A stretch of DNA of 64,000 bases from an uncultured delta proteobacterium (GTDB lineage Bacteria; Myxococcota; UBA727; VGSZ01). The notes under the pieces are model-generated. The model was not told the origin of the DNA and ran no database searches. It saw only the letters and a program-made list of their open reading frames with translations. Of the stretch, positions 19,421 to 29,062 are shown one piece after another. The DNA is taken from positions 96,001 to 160,000 of the forward strand of contig CAVZJB010000014.1 in assembly GCA_963775425.1 (NCBI GenBank), given 5' to 3'. The translations under genes were made by a program, and so were the position numbers. Each line of letters begins with the position of its first letter. The first letter of the stretch is position 1.

Positions 19421-20629
19421 TCAGCGCGCGGAGATCGGCGCGAAGGCGCGCGAGGGGGCGCCCACCCCCTTGAGCTCGAACGCGCCCAGGTCTTCGAGGG
19501 GCGCCTCGGTGAGCCCGGCGACCTCCTCGCTGAGGACGACGTCCCTGCCGAGCTTGCCCGTGAGCGTCTCGAGCCGCGCGGCGAGGTTCACCGCGGGACC
19601 GATGCAGGTGAAGTCGAGCCGCCCGGAGCCGCCGATGTTGCCGTAGGCGATCTCGCCGACGTGGAGCGCGACCCCGAAGCGGACCGGCGGCTGCCCCTTG
19701 TGCGCCCGCCGCTCGTTCAACGCCGCCAGCGCGGCGAACGCCTCGCGGGTGGCGGCGACGGCGTCGTCGACCCGGGCGGCGCGCTGCGCCCGATCGGGCC
19801 CGGCGGCTCCCTCCGGTCGCCCAAGGGCGCCGTCGACGGGGAAGATGGCGAGCATGCCGTCGCCCATGTACTTGAGCACCTCGCCGCCGCGCTTCTCGAT
19901 GGCGGGGACCTGGCAGTCGAAGACGTCGTTGAGGGTGGCGATGATCTCCCCGGGCGTGAGCGCGCTCGACATCGACGTGAAGCCGCGCAGGTCCGAGAAC
20001 CAGATGACGGCGCGGATGCTGTTGGTGTCGCCGCGCTGGATCTGCCCGGCGAGGATGCGCTCGCCGGCGTCGTGGCCCACGTAGGTGTTCAAGAGGTTGG
20101 TGGCCGTGCGCGACAGCGCGAGGATCTCCCCGATGCGCGTGAGCGGCGGCATCACGCGCATGACGGCGCGGCGGTCGTCGTCCGTGAAGCCGCCCGGCCG
20201 CCGGGTGGCGAAGGTGATGGCGTGCACCTGGCCGTTCAAAAACGGCATGGGCGCGGTGGCGAAGTCGGTGAACCCCTGGCCCTTCAAGGTCTCGAGCTCC
20301 GGGTGCCCACCGGTCTCGCCGGCCTCGAGGTGGTGGCGCATCATCTGGCCCGAGCGAAACACCTCGGCCACCGCGCTCCGCTCGAACTCCGGCGAGGCGA
20401 GCGCGGAGAAGCTGCGCTCGATGACCTCCACCGGCCCTGGCGGCGTCCACAGGAAGCTCCGTCCCGCGATGTGCGGGTGGAGCGTGCGCACGAAGGCCTC
20501 GAGGCGATCGAGCGGCAGCCCCGCCTCCCGCAGCTCCGGGCACATACGCCCGAGCACGCCCATCGGTGTCCTGGCGCCGGGGGCGCCGTTCACCAGCCAC
20601 TCGAAGGTCTTCTCGACGTCAACCGCCAT
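19421..20629 (-). CDS. Class III adenylate/guanylate cyclase
   Basis: FSDLRGFT, KYMGDG, GNIG..RLDFTCIGPAVNLAARLE. Confidence 0.92.
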   Translation of the reverse strand: MAVDVEKTFEWLVNGAPGARTPMGVLGRMCPELREAGLPLDRLEAFVRTLHPHIAGRSFLWTPPGPVEVIERSFSALASPEFERSAVAEVFRSGQMMRHHLEAGETGGHPELETLKGQGFTDFATAPMPFLNGQVHAITFATRRPGGFTDDDRRAVMRVMPPLTRIGEILALSRTATNLLNTYVGHDAGERILAGQIQRGDTNSIRAVIWFSDLRGFTSMSSALTPGEIIATLNDVFDCQVPAIEKRGGEVLKYMGDGMLAIFPVDGALGRPEGAAGPDRAQRAARVDDAVAATREAFAALAALNERRAHKGQPPVRFGVALHVGEIAYGNIGGSGRLDFTCIGPAVNLAARLETLTGKLGRDVVLSEEVAGLTEAPLEDLGAFELKGVGAPSRAFAPISAR

Positions 20630-20687
20630 GACGCAAGCGTACAGCGAACCTCGCCCTCGCCGCCCGCGCGTGCCATCGTAGGGGGCG

Positions 20688-21530
20688 ATGCGTCGCCTCG
20701 CGCTCCCGCTCGCCGTCCCCGTGGCCGTGCTCGCCGCGGGGCTGCCGCTCGGCCTCGGCTGCCCGCCCGCCGCCGCCGCCGACGCCGGCCCGGCCGACGC
20801 CGGCGCGGTCGTAGACGCCGGCCCCGACGACGCGGGCGACGCCGACGCCGGCGGCGGCGATGAGGGCGAGGGCGAAGGCGAGGGAGAGGGCGAGGGCGAC
20901 GTCGTCGACGCCGGGCACCCCGCGCCCGGCTTCGGCGCCATCAGCGGCGACTGCGACGTCCTCGACGACGCGCTCCTGTCCGCGGATCCGTCGACGTACA
21001 CCGACGCCATCGACTTCGGCGCCGACCCGTACGACGACGCCGACTACGACCTGCTCACCGCGGGCGGCGAGCGGATGATCGACACGGGCAACGCCGGTGG
21101 CAACTCGCTGTTGTCCGAGGTGTTCGCCTACGAGGTGCTCGCGCGCTGCGTGGACGCGGTGCTCCTGAAGACGGAGACCGAGATCCAGTATGACGATCCG
21201 TCGAGCAAGATCACGGACCTCGAGGTGGAGATCGACGGCGAGAAGATCGGCGTGAGCGTCACCCGCGCCGTGAAGTTCCCCTTCGACGCCGTCTACACCG
21301 AGGCCGACGCGCAGCCGCTCATCCAGCGCAAGCTCTCGGACATCCTCGAATCGAGCGCGCACGTCGTCGAGGCCGATCGCTGGCGCAAGCAGATCCTCGC
21401 GGTCATCGCGTACTCCCCCGAGCACAAGGACGTGGTCGAGTCCGTCCTCGCGGGCATCGACCCCGCCGTCCGCGCCGACACCATCGTCATCGTCACCGTG
21501 AGCGACGGCGACGACGCCTTCCTGTACTGA
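20688..21530 (+). CDS. Exported lipoprotein with (GE)n linker and AAC4-like domain
   Basis: Lipobox LGLGC; NAGGNSLLSE, LLKTETEI.Y, KITD, IGVSVTRA. Confidence 0.7.
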   Translation: MRRLALPLAVPVAVLAAGLPLGLGCPPAAAADAGPADAGAVVDAGPDDAGDADAGGGDEGEGEGEGEGEGDVVDAGHPAPGFGAISGDCDVLDDALLSADPSTYTDAIDFGADPYDDADYDLLTAGGERMIDTGNAGGNSLLSEVFAYEVLARCVDAVLLKTETEIQYDDPSSKITDLEVEIDGEKIGVSVTRAVKFPFDAVYTEADAQPLIQRKLSDILESSAHVVEADRWRKQILAVIAYSPEHKDVVESVLAGIDPAVRADTIVIVTVSDGDDAFLY

Positions 21531-21579
21531 CGCCCGCCCGCTCGGCGCCGCCCCCGCCGCGCACCACGCGGGCGCGCGC

Positions 21580-22806
21580 TCACCCCTTGACGCACACCAC
21601 CTGCTTGAGCGTGTGCACGACGTCGACGAGGTCGGCCTGGGCGGCCATGACGGCGTCGATGTCCTTATAGGCGCGCGGGGTCTCGTCGATGACGCCGCTG
21701 TCCTTGCGGCACTCGACGCCGGCGGTGTCGCGCTCGTGGTCCTTCACCGAGAAGCGGCGCCTGGCCTCGGTGCGCGACATCTTGCGGCCGGCGCCGTGGC
21801 TGCACGAGCAGAAGCTCTCGGCGTTTCCCTTGCCGCGCACGATGAAGCTCCTGGCGCCCATGCTGCCCGGGATGATGCCGAGGTCGCCGGCGCCGGCCCG
21901 CACGGCGCCCTTGCGCGTGACGAGGACGTCCTCGCCGAAGTGGCTCTCCCTGGCGACGTAGTTGTGGTGGCAGTTCACCGCGACGTCTCCCGCCGTGAAG
22001 CGCGGCACGCCGCGCACCTCGGCGAGCGCGGCCAGCGTGTGCGCCATCATCAGGTCGCGGTTTTTGCGCGCGAAGTCCTGCGCCCAGGACACCGCGAAGA
22101 CGTAGTCGTCGAAGTGCGGCGAGCCCTCGCTGAAGTAGGCGAGGTTGTGGTCGGGGAGGTTGGCGATGTGCGCGCGCATGTCGTCTTTGGCGAGGGCGAT
22201 GAACGTGGAGCCGATGGCGTTGCCCACGCCGCGCGAGCCGGAGTGCAGCATCACCCACACGCGCTGCTCCTCGTCGAGGCACACCTCGACGAAGTGGTTT
22301 CCGGTGCCGAGCGTGCCGAGGTGGTTGCGGTTGTTGGTCTTTTCGAGCCGCGGGTGTTTCTCGAGGATCTGCTGGAAGCGCGGCCACAGGATCGCCCACG
22401 TCTCGTCGACGTCGCTCGGCACGTCGCGCCAGGCGCCGCGGTCGTTGCGGCCGCCGTCGTTGGTTCGACCGACCGGCACGGCGCGCTCGATCTTGTTGCG
22501 GAGCGGGCGCAGGTCGTCGGGCAGATCGTTCGCCGTGAGCGACGTCCGCACGGCCATCATGCCGCAGCCGATATCGACGCCGACCGCCGCGGGGATCACC
22601 GCGCCGCGCGTGGCGACGACGGTGCCGACGGTGGCGCCGATACCGATGTGCACGTCGGGCATGGCCGCGACGTGCTTGAACACGAACGGCATCTGCGCGG
22701 TGCGCTCGAGCTGCGCGAGCGCGCCCTCCTCGACGGGGACGCCGCGGGTCCAGCGCTTGATGGGCACGCCCGCGGTGGGCGTGGTCTGGTAAGCGTCTTC
22801 GGTCAT
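21580..22806 (-). CDS. rtcB: RNA 2',3'-cyclic-phosphate ligase RtcB
   Basis: MPDVH, GVDIGCG, GTLGTGNHF, HSGSRG, HNY, PGSMG, SHGAGR, C-terminal KG. Confidence 0.96.
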   Translation of the reverse strand: MTEDAYQTTPTAGVPIKRWTRGVPVEEGALAQLERTAQMPFVFKHVAAMPDVHIGIGATVGTVVATRGAVIPAAVGVDIGCGMMAVRTSLTANDLPDDLRPLRNKIERAVPVGRTNDGGRNDRGAWRDVPSDVDETWAILWPRFQQILEKHPRLEKTNNRNHLGTLGTGNHFVEVCLDEEQRVWVMLHSGSRGVGNAIGSTFIALAKDDMRAHIANLPDHNLAYFSEGSPHFDDYVFAVSWAQDFARKNRDLMMAHTLAALAEVRGVPRFTAGDVAVNCHHNYVARESHFGEDVLVTRKGAVRAGAGDLGIIPGSMGARSFIVRGKGNAESFCSCSHGAGRKMSRTEARRRFSVKDHERDTAGVECRKDSGVIDETPRAYKDIDAVMAAQADLVDVVHTLKQVVCVKG

Positions 22807-22855
22807 GAGCTCACCTCGTCGTGGAGCCTAACGACGACGCCCTCGCGGGCTTCAT

Positions 22856-24871
22856 TCACCCGGCCCCACCCTTGTCGACGCCACCCTCGGCGGCGGCGCC
22901 CTTGTCGGCGCCACCCTCGACGACGCCACCCTCCACCACGCCACCCTTGGCGACGCCACCCTCGGCGACGCCACCCTCGGCGACGGCGGCCTCGGCGGCG
23001 GCGGGCGGCTCGGGCGGCTCGGGTGGCGGCGCCGCAGGGGGCGCGGGGGGCGTCGGGGGCAGGCGGCCGGCGCGGTGGCGGGCGATGTCCTGCTCGAAGG
23101 TCTGCTCGAGCTCCGCGCGGATCTGGATGGAGGTCTGGATGAGCTGCTTTTGATCGGCGGCGCTGACGGCGTGCTGGCGGCTGAGGATCTCCTCGTCCAT
23201 CCTGGCGAACGACTCACACAGGTCGGCGGCGTCCTCCTTGTCGTGGCCGAGCCCGACGAGCACCTCCTCGGCCATCTTCAACGACGAGAAGAAGGTCTCG
23301 CGGTTGAACACGGTGACGCCGAGGTCCATGAGCTTGTAGGCGTGCTGGCGGTTGCGCGCCCGCGCATAGATGGGGAGCGTGGGGAAGTTCTTCTTCACCA
23401 CCTGCGCCGTGCGCACCGAGGCCTCGACGTCGTCGATGGCGAGCACGAAGGCCTGCGCCTCCTCCGCGCGCGCCGCCCGCAGCAGGTCGAGGCGCGAGGC
23501 GTCGCCGTAGAACGACTTGTTTCCCCACTTACGCAGGAAGTCGACCTGCTCCGGCGAAATCTCGAGCGCGGTGAACTTGTGCCCGGTGAGCGCGAGCACG
23601 CGCGCGATGACCTGCCCGTAGCGGCCGAAGCCCGCGATGATCACCGGGTGGGTCTCGTCGTCGAGCGCGTCGAACTCGCGCTTGGGCGCAGCCTTACGCA
23701 GCCGGGCGACGTAGCGGTCGGCGCCGATCATGAGCAGCGGCGCCGCCGCCATCGACGTCGACACCACGATCACGAGCGTATCCACGAGCTCCTGTGACAT
23801 CACCCTGGCCTGCGCCGCGACGCCGAGCAGGACGAAGGCGAACGCGCCGCCGGTGGACATCGCCGCGGAGACCAGGACGCGGCTCTGGCGCTCCCAGCCG
23901 ACGATGCGCCCGACGCCGTACACCACGCCCACCTTCAACGCGATGAGCGCCGCCACGCCCGCGAAGATCACGAGCGGCTTGTCGATGAAGAGCGTGATGT
24001 TCGCGGTCATGCCGATGGCCATGAAGAACAGGCCGAGCAACAGACCCTTGAAGGGCTCCACGTTCGCCTCGAGCTCGTGGCGGTACTCGGAGTCCGCGAG
24101 GAGCACGCCGGCGAGGAACGCGCCCAGCGCCATCGACATCCCCACGCCCACCATCAGCGCGCCCGCGCCGACGACGACGAGCAGCGCCACCGCCACGCTC
24201 ACCTCGTGGGCGCGCGACGAGGCGATGATCCGAAAGACCGGGCGGGTGACGAGGCGGCCGCCGAACACGATGACGGCGACGGCGGCGAGCACCTTGAGCG
24301 CGCCGAGGAGGACCGCGCCCACGGAGAGCGCCGCGCCGGGGGCGGCGTCGCCGGCGTCGCCCGCGAGCAGCGGGATGAGGGCGAGCACCGGGATGACGGC
24401 GACGTCCTGGTACAGCAGGATGGCGAAGCCGTCGCGGCCCGCGGGGGTCTGGATCTCGCCGCGCTCGGCGAGGAGCTGAAGCGAGATCACCGACGACGAC
24501 AGCGCCAGGCCGATGCCGCCGACGACGGCGGCGCGGAGGGGAACACCGAGGACGGCGAGGGCGCCGCCGATGACGGCGGCGGTGACGACCACCTGCGCCG
24601 TGCCGAGGCCGAACACCGCGCGGCGCAACTGCCACAGGCGCCGCGGCTCGAGCTCGATGCCGATGAGGAACAGGAAGAACACCACGCCGAGCTCGGAGAA
24701 GCCCAGGATGTCCTCGCCCTCGGTGACGAGGCCAAGCACGTGCGGACCGATGAGCACGCCGGCGGCGAGGTAGCCGAGGATGGCGCCGAGCTTCAAGCGC
24801 TTGAAGAGCGGCACCGCGATGCACATGGCGGCGAGCACCACCAGCGCCTCGTGCAAGAGGTCGTGGCTCAT
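22856..24871 (-). CDS. CPA2 K+/H+ antiporter (KefB/KefC family)
   Basis: LGYLAAGVLIGP, LLYQD, EPFKGLLLGLFF, KTN domain AGFGRYGQ, YGDA; start MSHDLL at 24871. Confidence 0.93.
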   Translation of the reverse strand: MSHDLLHEALVVLAAMCIAVPLFKRLKLGAILGYLAAGVLIGPHVLGLVTEGEDILGFSELGVVFFLFLIGIELEPRRLWQLRRAVFGLGTAQVVVTAAVIGGALAVLGVPLRAAVVGGIGLALSSSVISLQLLAERGEIQTPAGRDGFAILLYQDVAVIPVLALIPLLAGDAGDAAPGAALSVGAVLLGALKVLAAVAVIVFGGRLVTRPVFRIIASSRAHEVSVAVALLVVVGAGALMVGVGMSMALGAFLAGVLLADSEYRHELEANVEPFKGLLLGLFFMAIGMTANITLFIDKPLVIFAGVAALIALKVGVVYGVGRIVGWERQSRVLVSAAMSTGGAFAFVLLGVAAQARVMSQELVDTLVIVVSTSMAAAPLLMIGADRYVARLRKAAPKREFDALDDETHPVIIAGFGRYGQVIARVLALTGHKFTALEISPEQVDFLRKWGNKSFYGDASRLDLLRAARAEEAQAFVLAIDDVEASVRTAQVVKKNFPTLPIYARARNRQHAYKLMDLGVTVFNRETFFSSLKMAEEVLVGLGHDKEDAADLCESFARMDEEILSRQHAVSAADQKQLIQTSIQIRAELEQTFEQDIARHRAGRLPPTPPAPPAAPPPEPPEPPAAAEAAVAEGGVAEGGVAKGGVVEGGVVEGGADKGAAAEGGVDKGGAG
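22870..22990 (-). repeat. 15-bp tandem repeats encoding (A/V)EGGV in the Kef C-terminal tail
   Basis: Repeated CGACGCCACCCTCGG variants. Confidence 0.75.
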
Positions 24872-25779
24872 GCCTCCACCCGCGCCTGCGGCTCGACGTC
24901 GTGGAACTTGCCGAGGTCGAGCTGGAAGCGCCCGTCGGGCAGGGGGCTTATCACGTCGCGGTAGCGGGCGCCGAAGACGACGTCGGTGGGGCTGTAGAAG
25001 TGGCTGGCGTAGATGGTCTGCGCCACGGTGCCGTCGTGCCCGGTGAGGTTGGCGTTGACGCGCCACCCCCCGCGCACGAACTCTTCGGGGGTGACTCCCC
25101 ACAACGGCGAGCTCTCGTCGATCTCGTGCATCAGGGTCCAACTGATGACGAACACCGGCTGCACCGTGCGCGCGAGCTTGAGGTCGTAGAGCCGGCGCAT
25201 GCGCTCGCCTTCCCTGGACATCTCGTCGCGCAGCACCGTGAGCCGCGCGCTCGCCTCGACGATGTCGTTGCCGCGCTCGTTGGCCACGCGCACCATGAGC
25301 ACCTGCTTGCCGTCGCGCTGCGTCACCACCGCCCGGCGGGCAAACAGCACGCGGGCATGCGGCCGCGCGAACTTGGCGAACACCAGCCCCGTGGTGACGG
25401 CGGTCATGAGCATGCTCACGATGGACTCCGCCGCCACCAGCATGTTGGCGTACGTGGTGGTGGGCGTCATCCCGCCGTAGCCGATGGTCGCCCACGTCTG
25501 GACGGAGAAGTAGAACTTGTCGAGCATCCCGGGCGCGTTGATGACGCAGTCGCCGCCGGCGGCGTACAGCAGGCCGAAGGCCACGTTGGCCACCACCTGC
25601 GACAGGATGATGGCGACGAGGAACCAGCTCCACCGCATCACCAGGATGGAGTGGAACAGGTCGCCGAAGCCCCACGGGGCGGCGCCCACGCGGACCACGT
25701 TGCGCGCGGGGTTGGAGCCGTCGGCCGGCGGCCTTGGCCTGGCGCCGCTCAGGGTGGCGGGCGTCGAGGTGCTCGTCAT
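24868..25779 (-). CDS. Inward-rectifier K+ channel (KirBac)
   Basis: FYFSVQTWATIGYGG filter, TGLVFAKFARP, ANER.N.I, H.IDE.SPL. Confidence 0.93.
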   Translation of the reverse strand: MTSTSTPATLSGARPRPPADGSNPARNVVRVGAAPWGFGDLFHSILVMRWSWFLVAIILSQVVANVAFGLLYAAGGDCVINAPGMLDKFYFSVQTWATIGYGGMTPTTTYANMLVAAESIVSMLMTAVTTGLVFAKFARPHARVLFARRAVVTQRDGKQVLMVRVANERGNDIVEASARLTVLRDEMSREGERMRRLYDLKLARTVQPVFVISWTLMHEIDESSPLWGVTPEEFVRGGWRVNANLTGHDGTVAQTIYASHFYSPTDVVFGARYRDVISPLPDGRFQLDLGKFHDVEPQARVEA

Positions 25780-25839
25780 CGCGCTTTCCCCGTTCCGAAT
25801 CGGTGGAATCTCCGGCAGCCTCCCTTGCCCGAAGCCCGC

Positions 25840-28435
25840 ATGTCTACCGCACCGCCCTCTGACGGCCCGGGCCAGAACCCGATCCTCGACACCCTCGAGC
25901 AGGTCCTCGAGCACAGGCTCACCAAGGCCCTCCTCGTCGGGCTCGTCATCATCTCGTTGTTGCCCTTGGACGCGCCGGTGGAGCGTTCGTTGCGGCCGGT
26001 CTTCCTCGGCGTGTTCGGCGTCGAGCTCGTCGTCCGCTTCCTGATCTACCGGCTGCGGCGACGAGGCGAGAGCGTGGTGGCGGCGGTGTTCGCCTTCACC
26101 GACGTGCTTGCGTTCGTGAGCTTCCTGCCGGTCGAGCACGTGATCGGGGAGGACAAGGTGTTCGCGCTGCGCGTGCTCCGGCTCACGCGCCTGCTGATGC
26201 TCTTGCGCTTCGCCAAGGAGCTGGCGCTCGACATCTACACCATCATGACGCGGCGCGAGCAGCTCCAGCAGTTCGCCCTCGTCACCGCCGCCGTCGCCGT
26301 CCTCGCCTTCGTCGCGGCCGTGATCATCGCCACCCTCGACATCCCGTACGACAACGTCCAGAACCCACACTTCCTCGATGACCTGTGGTGGTCGTTCCGG
26401 CAGCTCGAGGACACCGGCAACATCGTCACCACCGTCCGCGCCGACCCCATCATCTTCGTGATCTCGTTGGTGCTCACCATCACCGGCGTCTTCATCATCT
26501 CGTTCATCATCGGCATCGGCTCCAACGTCGTCGATCAAGTGGTCGCGTCGGAGCGCCGCCGGCCGCTGACCTATCACGGGCACACCGTGGTGACGGGGCC
26601 GGTGCACCAAAACGAGGTGCTCATCGGCGAGTTCGTGCGCATCTACGCCAAGAACCGGCAGATCCCCTCGCCGGAGAAGCTGCTCACCTGGGTGCGCCAC
26701 ATGTCGCCGGTGCAGACGGCCAAGCCGTTTCCGCGCGTGGCGCTGTTGAGCCACAAGGACAGCTCGCCGGCCTACCTGTGGGAGCCGCTGATGAGGTGGG
26801 TGGTGTACCGCCAGGGCGACGCCGCCGAGCCCTCGTCGCTCGACCTCGTGGGGGCCCACCGCGCCAAGCGCGCCATCCTCCTCGCGCGCAACGAGCTGCG
26901 CCACGAGGCCGACGCCGTCTCCATCGCCACCCTCGCGGCCTTCCGCGCCAAGAACACCGACGCGCAGGCGTTCGTCGAGGTCACCGAGAGCGCCACGGTG
27001 CCCATCGTCCACCAGGTGGGCGGCGCCGGCACCTTCGCGCTCGACATGCCCCGGCTGCTCGGCATGTTCCTGTGCCAGCACATCATCACGCCCGGCGTCG
27101 AGCGGCTGTACCGCAACCTGCTCACGTCGGCGGGCAGCGAGATCTACACCCACGTCTTCGTCGACGAAGCCGAGAAGCGCGCGCTGCGCGACGTGGCCGC
27201 CGCCGGCACCGTGCGCTTCGAAGACCTCGCGCGCGCCGCGCTGTCGCGGCACGGCGTGTACCTCATCGGCGTCATCCTCGGCGACGAGGAGGTGAGCCGC
27301 CGCCGCTACGACAACGTCCCCGTGGACAACCTCGCCACGTGGCTCAACCCGTACGTGGTCCCCGCCGACGAGCCCGAGCTCGCCCGCTTCGATTCTGAAG
27401 CCGGGCCTGGTGCCGCTCGCAAAGTTCCGCGGCCTCATCGGCATCTGCGAGAGCTATATGCCGCTCGCCGCGGTCGCCCGCGACGTCACCATCGGTACCG
27501 GCGTGGCCATCCCGCGCGAGGCGCCCATCGCCGACCACGAGCTCGAGATGATCGCGGGTGCGTCGACGCCGCCGCGGGCGGGGCCGCCGCGGGTGGCGCT
27601 CGTCGGCGGCTCGGACGCGCTCGCCGCGCTCGTGCGCGAGCTGGCGCGCTACGTCCCCGGCGTCGAGACCATGCTGTTTCTGTCGGCGCGCGACGACCAG
27701 CGGGTGCCGCTGGCGCGCCGCCTCGGGGACCTCGGCCTGAGCTTCGACCCGCACGACGAGCTGCCCGGGCGCGAGGGGCGCGCCTTTCCCCTCGAGCGCG
27801 GCGGGAGCATCACGGTCTTCACCCATGACGCGCCCGATCTCGCGCGCTTCGCCGCCGGCGTGATGTCCAGCCACCCGCCGGTGTCGGCCGTCGTGTTCCT
27901 CTCGGAGCCCGAAGGCGACGAACGCGACGCCCGCACCGCCCTGCGCATCCTGCGCTACGTCCGCCTGCTCGAGGAGGGCAAGCTCCCCCACGGTGAGCAG
28001 CTCCACGTGCTCGCCGAGTTCATCTCCGTCGAGAAGGGCGCGTACATCCAGCAGCACGTCGACGTCCGCAAGTGCGGCTTCCACCACGAAAACGATCTGC
28101 GCCTCACCCTCGTCTCCACCGACACCATCAAGAACTTCTTCATGGTGCACAGCGCCTTCGTCCCCGGCGTCACGGGTATCTTCGAGTCCTTGCTGCAGGA
28201 GCGTGGTCAGGAATTCGTGCGCATGCGCTTCGACCCGCCCGCAGGTCTCCAGACCACGACGATGCGCGCCATCAAGCGCGCGCTCAGGCCCCTCGGCTGC
28301 ATCGCGTTCGCCGTCGAGATGGACAACCGCGATGTCTTGTTGGCGCCCCCCGGGGACGCCCCGCTCGCGGCCGCCGACATCCGCGGCATCTACGTCATCG
28401 CCGATCAGCCGCGGCTCGAGAAACGCGAGCCCTGA
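25840..28435 (+). CDS. Cation channel: voltage-sensor-like segment + CASTOR/POLLUX-like pore + RCK domains, frameshifted near 27393
   Basis: S4-like LRVLRLTRLLMLLR; LWWSFRQLEDTGNI; RCK segments; coding-like frame switches at GATTCTGAAG. Confidence 0.75.
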
Positions 28436-28472
28436 GCCCGCATCGGATGTTAGACCCCCAAGAGGAGGGCCC

Positions 28473-28853
28473 ATGGCCACGGTTCATGCCACCAAGGACA
28501 ACTTCAACTCGCTCATCGAAAAGGGCGGGATCGTGCTGTTCGACTTCTGGGCCGAGTGGTGCGGTCCGTGCCGTCGCTTCGCCCCCATCTTCGAGACCGC
28601 GAGCGACAAGCACACCGACGTCACCTTCGCCAAGGTCGACACCGAGGAGCAGCCCGAGCTGGCCGGCGGCTTCGGCATCCGCTCCATCCCGACGCTGATG
28701 GTGTTCCGCGACCAGGTGCTCTTGTTCCAGCAGGCGGGCGCACTCCCCGGCGAGGCGCTCGAGGAGCTCCTGACGCAGATCCGCGCCCTCGACATGGACA
28801 AGATCAAGGCCGAGATCGCCGCCGAGGAAGCCAAGGAAAAGGCCGCGACCTGA
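28473..28853 (+). CDS. trxA: Thioredoxin
   Basis: DFWAEWCGPC, IRSIPTL; RBS GGAGG. Confidence 0.93.
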   Translation: MATVHATKDNFNSLIEKGGIVLFDFWAEWCGPCRRFAPIFETASDKHTDVTFAKVDTEEQPELAGGFGIRSIPTLMVFRDQVLLFQQAGALPGEALEELLTQIRALDMDKIKAEIAAEEAKEKAAT

Positions 28854-28980
28854 AAGGCTGACGAAAGACAAGGCTCGTAGCAGCACTCGGCGAAGCCTCA
28901 ACGGTCCATCGGGCCAGCCCTCGTGGCCACTCGCGGCGGTCTCGATGACGCGGATCAGCCTCTGAGCTCAGCGGCGTTGC

Positions 28981-29047
28981 GACATTCACGGCGGGACGGG
29001 GTTTGTCGCTGACGACGACGACGACGTCTTGCCCCGCCGTGAATGTC
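28981..29047. terminator. Long stem-loop between convergent trx and AAA genes
   Basis: GACATTCACGGCGGG / CCCGCCGTGAATGTC 15-bp perfect inverted repeat. Confidence 0.6.
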
Positions 29048-29062
29048 TACGCGGTCGCGTGG

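Noticed and set aside
16341-20600. 1419-aa ORF as a single protein
   Set aside because: The first ~425 aa are an off-frame reading of the cyclase gene; the Hsp70 motifs begin at 19325.
28858-28900. CTGACGA...CGAA as a hammerhead ribozyme core
   Set aside because: No GAAA after a stem II and no supporting stems I/III.
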